A DNA stretch of 63,535 nucleotides, the filler included, from Octopus bimaculoides (taxonomy: Eukaryota): assembly GCF_001194135.2 (NCBI RefSeq). It is 7 parts of 7 records of this genome, joined end to end, with 100 filler letters (N's around TTAATTAATTAA, not from the genome) between each part and the next. Parts side by side here need not be neighbours in the genome. Positions count along the whole stretch, not along the records: positions 49,335 to 54,331 come from NC_068995.1; positions 54,432 to 59,529 come from NC_068996.1; positions 59,630 to 62,132 come from NC_068993.1; positions 62,233 to 63,535 come from NW_026411578.1; 3 more parts are not named here. The stretch is one strand, 5' to 3'. The notes under the pieces are model-generated. The model saw only the letters and a program-made list of their open reading frames with translations, was not told the DNA's origin and did no database searches. A program made the translations under genes and the position numbers. Positions 52,302-63,535 of the stretch are shown one piece after another (the first letter of the stretch is position 1; each line of letters opens with the position of its first letter).

Positions 52302-53991
52302 GCACACATATATATATATATATATATATATACCCACATTCATTTATATATGTACGTGTGTGTGTGTGCGTGCGTGTGTGTGTGTGTGTGTGTGTATGTG
52401 TGTGTGTGTGTAAAGGTAAGATCCGAGGATCCAGGTGTAGGAAGTTAGTAAGCTTCGAGAAACCTGTAAAAGGTATAAAAAGTAACTTCCAGGAATAATA
52501 GCGTTTTATTTGACGGAGAAGGTTATAACTATTTCCCCAATCGAAGTTCGATTAGATGAAAAAAGTGATTTCATAGTTCACGGTTAGCAACAAGGATTGC
52601 TGTGTGTGCAAATAAAAATCGAAATTTAGGGAATGGAGGAGATGAAATCCAGGTCACGTGTGTTTAGTTCAGGACCTCGAAAGTAGGAATTACTCAAACG
52701 ACAGGTAATCTGCTGGCTGATCGTCAAGCTAAAGATGCCTTAGACAAATGAAGGTTACATTGTTGTTAAGGGAGACCACGTTTGAGGAATTACGACTTCC
52801 GACATTCTGCTAGCTTTGAAACATCCGCAGCCTGGATTCTTTCTGCTCCGTTCCGAATTTCGGATTAGGGTCTTTGTGGTTTTCGCGTCACTGTTTACAA
52901 TTTTGCTCCAATTGTCTTCAAATTTGGTATATGGATTAGGTCTTGTAGACTAATTATGAAAAGAAAATTCATTTTCCCTGTAAATCCATAATTAAAAAGT
53001 TATTAGCCTTTAAAATTTGCATGTATGAATATGTATAAAAACAAATATGCAAATATATGCAAGTCAATTGCTTGCAATGTCAATCAATCGCCTACAAGGT
53101 CACGTGATTGATATAGCTACTTATGACGTCGACTGATTGATTAGTTGATTAATTGATTAAGCGATTAATTAAGTAAGCGATTAACTACTTGGATAGCATT
53201 TATTATAATGATAAAAAGAAGTGAAATCGAATTAACGCGTCTGTTATTGTTGTCGTTATAAGAACCCACCCAAGATACAACAAACTCTTTCATCACATGA
53301 TTTCACATCAATCCTCCTGCTAAACAAATTCAAAGACGTTGTGTGCGTCTCTGCCTGTCTGTCTGTGTGAGCGTATATGTGCGTGAGCTTGTGTGTGTTT
53401 GAGCCTGTCCGTCTATGAATGTGTGTGTGTCTGCGTGTACGTGTGCATTTGTGTGTGTGTGTGTGTATGTGAAAATACGAGGTCAAGGGAACTGGTTTCA
53501 ATACCTTTGCCTAATTGGTAAAAACAAGTGTCCAACAGATCTTCTTTTAAAGACAGGAGTTTATAATTAGAAGGAGTTTTGGTTGTTATTTCTAGCAGGT
53601 CGAACCACGATTAAGAGATCCCTTCTATTCAATTCAAATCAAAACCGTTCTAACTGTGACCAACACATCAATTTAAGGATTATGTATGACTACTACATTA
53701 TCTAATGCGCCTTTGATCTACTTGACACGTTAGGTATGACTTGAGAGAAAATTGACTGCTATTTCTAGCAAGTCAGTTCTTAACTTTTTGCATTCAGGTG
53801 CGTGGCCTAGTGGGCAGGGATTTCGGGCACTCAATCTAACTGTCATAAGCTCAGTTCCTGAACCGGGAGGTGCGTTATGTCTTTGATTGATCAAGACACT
53901 TTATTTCACTTTGTTCCAATCTGTTGAGCCACGAATAAAAACCAACCGGTTGCCGGTGCAGCTCTCTCTCTCTCTCTCTCTCTCTCCCCCC

Positions 53992-54022
<31 letters not shown>

Positions 54023-54141
54023 ACTCTCTCTCACGCACTCTCTCTCCCTCTTTATCTCTATCTCCTTGCAGCTATCATATTCTGGATGCCTTGTTGGGTC
54101 AAGGATGGGTAAATCTAATTTTATATCAACACATGTTCTGA

Positions 54142-54255
<114 letters not shown>

Positions 54256-54431
54256 TGACGCAATATTCTCTATTGGACGATTTATCATCTGAGTCTACCA
54301 TATATTTAAAAGTCGGAATGGACGTTGATACNNNNNNNNNNNNNNNNNNNNNNNNNNNNNNNNNNNNNNNNNNNNTTAATTAATTAANNNNNNNNNNNNN
54401 NNNNNNNNNNNNNNNNNNNNNNNNNNNNNNN

Positions 54432-54730
54432 ACCAAATCTACACGCAAAGTTTCCGTCGGCCCGGTGATATAGTAGAAAGTATATTCGCAAGCTGTTGCG
54501 GATTGCAATTGAATCCGGAATGTGGTTGCAAAGCGCTCCTTAACCAGACAGCCATCCCTGTGCCCATATGCGTAGATATACCTTGATCTTCCATACAGTT
54601 TCCCTTCTCTACCCACAAGTTTTTGATTTCACCCCTGGCCTATAGTAGAAGAGATTGCCCAAGGTGCTTTGCAATGGGAGTGAATCTGCAACCATGTGGT
54701 TCGGAAGCAAATTTCTTACTAAACAGCTAG
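54432..54730 (-). mobile_element. tRNA-derived SINE (family A)
   Basis: Reverse complement of 'tagtaagaaatttgcttccgaaccacatggttgcagattc...ttgggcaatctcttctactataggcc'. Confidence 0.65.
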
Positions 54731-55122
54731 GAATTTCGAGATGTTCGAAGTTTTCAGGGAATGTGTTGATGGAGACTTTTAATGAGTGGTTTTGCGTATT
54801 TCTGACCCTCGTATTATGAAGTTAAAAATTGTATGTTATGATACAATCGAGGATCGAACTAGTATGTGTGGCCACTACTTTAGAAAATGACCAACTACAA
54901 TATACGAATGTACGTGTGTGTACATATAAATTCGTGTTTGTGTACCTACTCATTTTCTTCTCTCTCCGGTTTATTTTCTTTATTCGTTCTCTCCCCATTT
55001 TTATCCTTTCAATTTTTATTGTCGAAGAACGTAGACTCGAAACATCAAAGACTTTTCCATTCTTCCCGAGCGTTAAACTAATACATCTGCTTGTTGTTCC
55101 TTCGCCTGTCTTCGTAAACTTT

Positions 55123-55159
<37 letters not shown>

Positions 55160-56007
55160 CACGCGATCTGAATTGTAAGACATTACAATCTATGAATGCG
55201 ATTGATAGTGACACTTTCCCTCTCCACATGCACATAAAGAGAAATATGAGTACACACATAAACACCGACAGAGAGATAGAGGCAGCGGAAGGAATACAGA
55301 CGGCGTGGAATGACAAATATTACTATTGAGCAACATTGATATAAACACTTCGTCACTTCAGAAACATAGAGAAACATGTACTCATACATAAACAGATGTG
55401 TGCGTGTGCTTATATATATATATATATATATACAAATATTGCAAGCAAAAACATTGAAAAAAATGCATTATGCCAAATTTGGACATACGACAGTTTAACA
55501 TAATAGCAACGATATNNNNNNNNNNNNNNNNNNNNNNNNNNNNNNNNNNNNNNNNNNNNNNNNNNNNNNNNNNNNNNNNNNNNNNNNNNNNNNNNNNNNN
55601 NNNNNNNNNNNNNNNNNNNNNNNNNNNNNNNNNNNNNNNNNNNNNNNNNNNNNNNNNNNNNNNNNNNNNNNNNNNNNNNNNNNNNNNNNNNNNNNNNNNN
55701 NNNNNNNNNNNNNNNNNNNNNNNNNNNNNNNNNNNNNNNNNNNNNNNNNNNNNNNNNNNNNNNNNNNNNNNNNNNNNNNNNNNNNNNNNNNNNNNNNNNN
55801 NNNNNNNNNNAATTGGATATAACTGCCTATAAAAATAGGCTGGGTAGGGGAATACTTTAAATCATGAAGTTAATTATCAGTTAAAGGGGCAAGACGCTAA
55901 GAAACTTAAGATGTTAATACAAAGGAAATTTTATTTTGGGGCACTATGGGTGATGGTTTATAAACAATATTGTTATGTTATATGAAAATAAAATTTAAGA
56001 TTTTCAA

Positions 56008-56085
<78 letters not shown>

Positions 56086-57344
56086 TGAAAAAAAAGAAAG
56101 ACAATGACAGTGCCCGGATGTGAGAGAGAAATATTAAAACAAAACATTAAACTGTCTGATTTCTAATAACTGTAAGACAAGACCCTTCGGCTGTGAGAAG
56201 GATATGAAAGTATAATAGGGAGACAGGAGCTTGAGAAAGAGAGACAGAGAGAGGGAGAGATAGAGAAAACGAGTAAAACATTAAAACGCCTGCTATCAAA
56301 TATGTCGAATCAGTAACACCAAATAAGCGGCGCCAAAAGGTTGTGCCAGAACGTCAGATGCACTTCCAAATCCGATACAAATGATTAACTAATCGAAAAT
56401 GATTCTACATTCACTGGAACTTCTTAGATTCCCACCATATACACTCATGCTTAAAGAAGAAATACCTGTTATAAACCAAACCCACGTCTCAAAACAAAAA
56501 ATAACTTTTCAAGGTTACTATGTTCCGTAATATCGGTTAGAAATTTGGGATCAAGATCAGCAATTTTAGGGTAGAGAAGTTACCAGCATTTGACTGGTAC
56601 TTGTTTTACTGATTCCGAAAGGATGAAAAGCAAAGTCAACCTCGATGGGATTATAACTCAGAATATAACCAACCGGAAAAAATGTCACTTAGCTTTTTGC
56701 CCAGCGTGCAAACAATTCTCCCAGCTCCTCTAGTACTCCACAATATTCAGATTGCAATACTTTCTGGGTGTGGCAAAGAGGAGATAATCATTTTATGAAA
56801 CCCTCGCAAAAATATTGCGACATAAATAGAAGCACTATGGAATCCGAAGAATGTAGAAACTGGGCGAAAATTATTACTGTTCTAAAAATTACTCCAGTTT
56901 TAATTACCTAAATTGGTGGCGAATTGGCAGAATCGTTTGATCGTCGAACAAACTGTATTTCGCCAGTATTTACATTGTGAGATTAAATACCATCGGGGTT
57001 GATGAAATAAGTACCACTTAACTACAGGGAATTATATAACCCCTCTCCAAGAATTGCTGGTCTTGGGCCAAAACGTGAAGCCGATATTACTATGAAGGTG
57101 ACATACTGGTAATATACTCAGCAGTATTTCTTCTTGTTATTTAGATCCTGAGTTCAAATTCCACTGAATTGATTTTGCCTTTCATCCCTTCGGGGTCGAT
57201 AAAATATGAGTACTTGTGCACTCAAGTCGATGTATTTGACTAACCATTCTCATAAGACTTTAGGTCTTGTGCCTATCGCAGAAAGGATTATTATTATTAT
57301 TATTATTATTATTATTGGCATCTAGAATTTCATCAGGAGCTCAG

Positions 57345-58260
57345 CCCTCTACTCAGTCGGGCAATGATATCTGTGGATGTTCCGCTTATGAAATTTACGA
57401 AATTTATAGAGTATTAGTGGCGGAAAGTGCAACGACGTTCTTGGAGAGACTCTGGGCGCCGAGGAAAACGAATTGGCTAGTGTGTTCCTAAGGAAATTCC
57501 GGTCGGGAACTATCATGGATAATTTCTAGATGTGCTATCAGACGGGCTTGTCCGAGATGCACGCAGAGTGACGAAACCGTTCTGCACGCACTCGTTCAGT
57601 GTCTGGGCATTGCTGACTTGTGGGGTTATGTTGAACAACAGCTGTCATATGTGGGACGGATCCGTTTGTCGGTCGAGTCTATAGTGATGATTGCTCCGCC
57701 ACCCTCCTTCAACCGGGCAGGCAAGGCAGTTTTCCTTTGCTTGGTGGCTACGGCGTAAGAGGTTCTTTGGTGGACAAGGCTGAAAGGCATGAGGACAGAC
57801 ACATTCCTCTTTTGTAGAGCTCTCATTGACTTCTTCAAGTTTCACTTGAAAAGGAAATTGAGAGTGGAGAGGGAAGTGCTGTCCTCGAGTGAATTTATCG
57901 AAAGGCGGGTGAAAGTTGTGAAAATGGCAAGAGTGGATGGTACCTCTCCAAGTATATACTTGTGAGTCGGGGAGAAGGAATTGGAGAGGGCACACGCTCC
58001 TGGGATTCAGGGAAATCTTGAACAGTAGGCTTCCTCGATTATCCCTAGAAGTCCTGATTCAAGAAAGCTACAACTCTATCACCCCACCCCTGATTTTTAA
58101 ACCTTTCTATATTATGCATATATCTCTTTCTTTTCGTTGTATATCATGTGTACTTTTATTCTTTTATAATTTTTTTTTATCATTTCATTATATGTAACCC
58201 CCCACCCACTCTATGTCTGTATTGTCCCCCTCATCCTTCACCCTGGTGGCGAATAAGCTA
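57345..58260 (+). mobile_element. L1/Tx1-clade LINE 3' end (ORF2 zinc-knuckle region + 3' UTR + (ATT)n tail)
   Basis: 57549-57965 translates CPRCTQSDETVLHALVQCLGIADLW...A*EVLWWTR...SIYL*, the CCHC knuckle CxxC-x-ET..H...C plus the LW..R motif; followed by a 3' UTR and an ATT repeat. Left bound approximate. Confidence 0.75.
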
Positions 58261-58319
58261 AATCATAATTAATATTATTATTATTAATATTATTATTATT
58301 ATTAATATTATTATTATTA

Positions 58320-58382
<63 letters not shown>

Positions 58383-58385
<3 letters not shown>

Positions 58386-58518
58386 CCCCCCAGGTTGACT
58401 TTCATCATTTCGGCGTCAATAAAATAAATATCAGTTGAGTACTGGGGTCGATCTAATCGACTTAGCCCCTCATCCAAAATTGCTGGCCTGATGCCAAAAT
58501 TTGAAATCATCATCATCA

Positions 58519-58576
<58 letters not shown>

Positions 58577-58765
58577 GAAAGGCGGCAAGCTTAGCGGTAT
58601 TTCGTCTGTCTTTACGTTCTGGGTTCAAATTCCGCCGAGGTCGATTTTTGTCTTTCATCCTTTCGGGGGTCGATAAGATAAGTACCAGTTGCGTACTGAG
58701 GATTCGATGTAATCGACTAGCCCCCTGCCCCAAATTTCAGGCTTTGTGCCAATTGTAGAAAGGAT
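58383..58765. mobile_element. Two family-B SINE fragments in opposite orientations separated by (ATC/ATT)n
   Basis: Both 58383-58505 and 58581-58765 carry family-B body text ('...gactttcatc...ggggtcgatctaatcgac' and 'gaggtcgatttttg...ttcgggggtcgataag'). Orientation was judged by eye. Confidence 0.4.
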
Positions 58766-59203
58766 TAACTATTATCATTGCGGTGCGTTGGCGTCATCAA
58801 CATCATCATCATCATCAACAAGTGCATCAATAATACGAGTAACAGCAACATCATCAACATTACCAGCATCATCACCATAAGCAGCATCATCATCGTCGTC
58901 ATTACCATCAACAACAACAACAACACGAGCAACAATAACAACAAGGGCAACGACTACAGAAACATCATCATCGCCGTCCTCATCATCTTACTTACCACTA
59001 CCATCAACCACATCAGCAGCAGCAGCACCAGAAAGAACAGTAAAAATAACATCAACACCAACATCAGCATCAACATCATCATCATGACGAAGAGCAACAA
59101 CATCAATACCATTACTTTCACCAGTATCACCACCACCAACAACATCAACACCATGATTAAATCCTCACTTCCACTAACAGTGACATGTACAAACGCAGTC
59201 AGC

Positions 59204-59242
<39 letters not shown>

Positions 59243-59345
59243 ATATCTCCATTGCCGCCGCCACTACTGCCTCTCTGCCTAATGAGGATATTACACTAGC
59301 TGCTGCTGCTGCCGCTACTGTTGCTGCTGGTGCTGCTGCTGATGC
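58766..59345. repeat. Trinucleotide low-complexity tract (CAT/CAA/TAC/GCT)
   Basis: Degenerate runs of catcat, aacaac, tactac and gctgct. Confidence 0.85.
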
Positions 59346-60356
59346 TGCGACTACAGGTGCTGATTTCTGTTTGTGTCAATAATGCGACTACTGCTGATGT
59401 TGGTCCCAAAGACTTTATAAACATGTAGCGCTTTCCAAAATGTTATTAATTTAAGTCGTATGTGTGAGGGACGAGAAGGTTGCACACAGTGTATGTGTGT
59501 GTGTACATATGCATATATATTTATATATANNNNNNNNNNNNNNNNNNNNNNNNNNNNNNNNNNNNNNNNNNNNTTAATTAATTAANNNNNNNNNNNNNNN
59601 NNNNNNNNNNNNNNNNNNNNNNNNNNNNNAGAAGGGTTTTGTATGATCGTGTATAGAGGAATATATTATTTTATTTAAAAGAGTTCCAACTGTCTGTTTT
59701 TTATGTTTTTTATTTATATTCTTGTAAAATTGATGTGGGATATAGAATATGGTATATATAATATATAATATAAAAAAAGATGGATGGTACAATGAAATGA
59801 AGTATTGAATGTCTTATTGAATATATGAAATATTGAGTGTTCAACATAAAGGATTAAATATATAAATATATAAAGGCGAATACGTATTTTCTATACCTTG
59901 TGGTATTTCATCATGGCCGGTATGACAGACTGTAATGAAGACACGATGTCACAAAACGTAAAACAACATGAAATACAAAAACAACACGAAATCAAAGACA
60001 ATATTTCTCCAGCGTTCGCTACCTTACCTCGTCTGGCCTAACGGCCCTCCATGATTCCTTTCGTTTGGCTTCTTGTATGTCTCCACTGTCCTGTTTTTGT
60101 CCTCAACTTTGACCCTCCGCAAATCCCAAATTTTATTTTGGTTCGCAGGAGCAACTGCCTTCCGAAGCTTCATATTTTATTGTTAATTGCTCGAAACCAA
60201 GAGCAGATGGACAGCCCACAACTGATTAAGAGTCGTTCTTTTATGTTACTTGTCTTGTTTTCCATTTGTTTCTCTCGTTGTTCGCATACCCAAGTTTGTC
60301 TTCGCATTTCATGTTGCTTTCGTATTTCGTATTTATATCTATATTTTATTTATATT

Positions 60357-60443
<87 letters not shown>

Positions 60444-61296
60444 GTATGTATATTGATAGAAAAGGTATGACAACAAAAGAAAGGACCTCGATATTATATA
60501 AATAAAGGAATTTATCTGCAAATAATATGTGACAATTATTCGGTAGCCATGATAAAACTCCGAGTTATCTGACCGTCGAAAATGCTATGAAAATGACCGT
60601 TAAACAAAGGGAAATTACCGTGTGATTGACCTTTATTAAGACAAAAGAGCTATTAGAATGACCGCTAATAACAGTCCATACATACACATGCGCGCCCGCA
60701 CACCCACGTACATGCGCCTATATGTATATACTCATCTAGCCTCACTTGAAACACACACATGCTCACCCACACATTCGCCAAAAAAGTACATATACACCCA
60801 CATACACGCTCACACACATACACGCGCACAACACGCTCGTACACATACACACCCGCACAAAAGAGGTTCATACACACGTCTAAAAAAACACATGCACAAG
60901 AAAAAACAGGGTTAAAGGCAAAATACAGAAAAAAGTGTGAAAAGGTGTAAAAAATCCATAAGCATAAACAACGTCTATATGCGCACATTCTCGCATGCAC
61001 GCACACACACAAGTCTATATACGCATGTACCCGCATACACGCACACATCCACAAGCGCGCACAAAAGGTTCCATTTACACGTCCATATAGGCATACGAAA
61101 AAAGCATGGTGGAAGGTGGAATACAGAAAAAATATGTGTAAAAAATATATGAGCGATAAACCTATAAAACAATATCTCTATAAATATGTTAAAAATATAA
61201 AAAATATATAAGAAATATAAGTAAAAAGATAAAAAAGATAAAAAGCTTGTACATAGACACAATATAGAAAGCAAGTCCTATCAGTAATATCGGGGG

Positions 61297-61356
61297 GATC
61301 AAAAACGTAATAAATATTTAGCCACATGTGGCTAAATATTTGTTACGTTTTTGGTC
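61297..61356. repeat. 60-bp near-perfect palindrome
   Basis: gatcaaaaacgtaataaatatttagccaca|tgtggctaaatatttgttacgtttttggtc; two mismatches, both G-U compatible on the + strand. Confidence 0.9.
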
Positions 61357-61905
61357 ACATGTATATATATATATATGAGAATGCGTACTTTATTTCTGAT
61401 GCATAATTAGGCTTCTTTCTGCATTAGTCTTATCATTTCGTATTATTTAGCACTAAAATGTGCCAAGTTAATAGCATATTGAGCTGATTCCTGATTCACT
61501 GCTTAAATACATAAATAAATTATCATTACCTCTGATTACATTTTCAGATATGCCCCCGTTTCAATTTGTTCCGGTTTAGCTGCCTTTATATACATATTTC
61601 CCTACATCCCAGCTACGCATGAAGGCATTCTACGTAATTCATTGTAATTTATTTTATTTCATTTTCAATTTATTTATATATAAGTATTTCCTCTTACCTA
61701 ATGTTTATTTTCTTAATCATTACCCTTATTTTAGACATAATTTCCCTTGGATAATGGAACTGCAACTGTAACATCTTTATACATTTTTATTTTTATTTCT
61801 ACATTCATTCTCCTATTTCTTTATATACTCCTTACTTGCTTCCTTTTTCAAAATAACTCCTCATATTGAACTCTGATATTTCCCTCTATTTGACTATCTC
61901 ACATC

Positions 61906-61953
61906 GTCTTTGATGGAGAGGTAACTCTAATATCCCTGAAATAGCTGTAAGAC
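61906..61953 (+). ncRNA. Degenerate minimal hammerhead motif, same family as 14629-14678
   Basis: gtct-TTGATGG-agaggta...tatccc-t-GAAA-T-AGCT-G-TA-agac. The downstream flank 'taaatgtcctgaaaa...ttggctttgtt...ctcatttt' is shared with 14700-14750. Confidence 0.55.
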
Positions 61954-62084
61954 TAACTTTCCTGTTTATAAATGTCCTGAAAATTCCACACAACCTTGGC
62001 TTTGTTTTCTCATTTTATTTTACATATAAATATATTTATATACATACACACTTACATACATACATACATACATATATACATACA

Positions 62085-62120
<36 letters not shown>

Positions 62121-63376
62121 CATATATATATANNNNNNNNNNNNNNNNNNNNNNNNNNNNNNNNNNNNNNNNNNNNTTAATTAATTAANNNNNNNNNNNN
62201 NNNNNNNNNNNNNNNNNNNNNNNNNNNNNNNNATATATATATATATATATTCAGGTATATGCACACACATGCACGCAAATAAGCAGGCGCACGGCTGCAT
62301 GTGCAAATGTATGCACACAGGCACACGGTCACTTTCTCTCACACACACCAGCACTCAAACATACACACACACTAGCATACACCAGCACACAACAGCAGAC
62401 ATACACACACACACTAGCAAGCACTAGCACACACATACGCACACACATACGCACACACAAGCACTCATACACCAGCACACATATACACACACATACACGC
62501 GTGCACGCACGCACCAGCACTCACTCAGCAGCACACACATACACACACACTAGCACACACCAGCTCAAGCGCACAGATATACACGCACGCACGCACGCTC
62601 GTACATCAGGACTCACACTCCAGCACACACATATACACAGACTAGCACGCACCAACACACACACACACCAGCACTCACACACCAGCACTCACACACCAGC
62701 ACATACATACACACAGTAGCACACACCAGCACACACACACACACACATCAGCACTCACACTCCAGCATTCACTTTCACTTCTACGCACACACATACTCTC
62801 TCACTTACACACTTTCTCCTTCTCTTTCACACATACACGAATACACACGCAAACACACACACAAACTCACTCACATAAGAACACACACGCATATTCTCTC
62901 TCACATATGCAATATCACACGTACCTATACACAAACACACACATGTATATACACGCACATTTTCACTACTCATACATACACATACAGACACGTGCGTTTC
63001 TGTTCCCATGTTTGACCAATGAAACTGAATACGACCATCACCTCTGATGATGTACAACCCAATCCTTGATATACAGCTTCGACTGCAGACAAGACATGTA
63101 GTTATTTTTTGAGAGGCAACTAAGTATTAACATGGCTGAATGTCCCTCTTCACATTTCCACAAGTACCGTTCGAGAGGTGTTCTTTTCTTTTAATACCTC
63201 TCTGGCAGCAAGCCCTCCAAACTGACCACCATGTGGTGATGTCTTCAAAATGCTTTTAAGCTGTTCTTTTAATTGCCTTTTGGAAGCTTTCGCTAGGCGA
63301 TGACCATTGTGTAAATGGCTGCAGAACAGTAACTGCTAAAATTTTCCAGCAATTTTCGTAACAATTTGGTCATATA

Positions 63377-63535
63377 CGCGCATGCGTGGCTGTGTGGTAA
63401 AAAGTTTGCTTCTAGGTTCAGTCCCACTACGTGGCACCTTGGGCAAGTGTCTTCTACTATAACCTAGGGTCGATCAAAGCCTTGTGAATGGATTTGGTTA
63501 ACGGAAACTGAAAAAGCCCGCTGTATATATATATA
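63377..63535 (+). mobile_element. tRNA-derived SINE (family A), head portion
   Basis: 'gcgtggctgtgtggtaaaaagtttgcttctaggttcagtcccactacgtggcaccttgggcaagtgtcttctactata...ggaaactgaaaaagcccg'. Confidence 0.8.

Noticed and set aside
58778-59299. 173-aa I/N/T-rich ORF; also His- or Met-rich ORFs at 46944-47249
   Set aside because: These are translations of trinucleotide microsatellites.
63000-63370. Possible transposase remnant on the minus strand
   Set aside because: Translation is interrupted and shows no catalytic motif I could recognise.

Overview
This is AT-rich, microsatellite-dense eukaryotic genomic DNA. The SINE, RTE, mariner and Penelope repeat mix suggests an octopus or other coleoid cephalopod, but that is an inference. 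Six identical 100-bp spacers (44 N + TTAATTAATTAA + 44 N) show that the window is seven scaffold pieces joined together, so adjacency across the spacers is not reliable. Two spliced protein-coding genes lie on the + strand. The first is a ~890-aa protein with C2H2 zinc fingers, a coiled coil and a BEN-like domain (exons 23754-27962; terminal exon uncertain). The second is the 5' six coding exons of a D-aspartate/D-amino-acid oxidase (37552-41849), cut off by a scaffold join. Repeats include two decayed mariner transposons, Penelope-like GIY-YIG fragments, an L1/Tx1 3' end, RTE tails, many tRNA-derived SINEs, a piggyBac-type MITE array and a 58-bp minisatellite. The most notable signals are: (i) an apparently intact minimal type I hammerhead ribozyme at the 3' end of a fold-back Penelope-like element, plus several decayed or variant hammerhead motifs; (ii) a ~150-nt fold-back element with A box, B box and T5 terminator just upstream of the ZnF-BEN promoter; (iii) the ZnF + BEN architecture itself. 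Almost all entries in the ORF track are artefacts of microsatellites or N-gaps.
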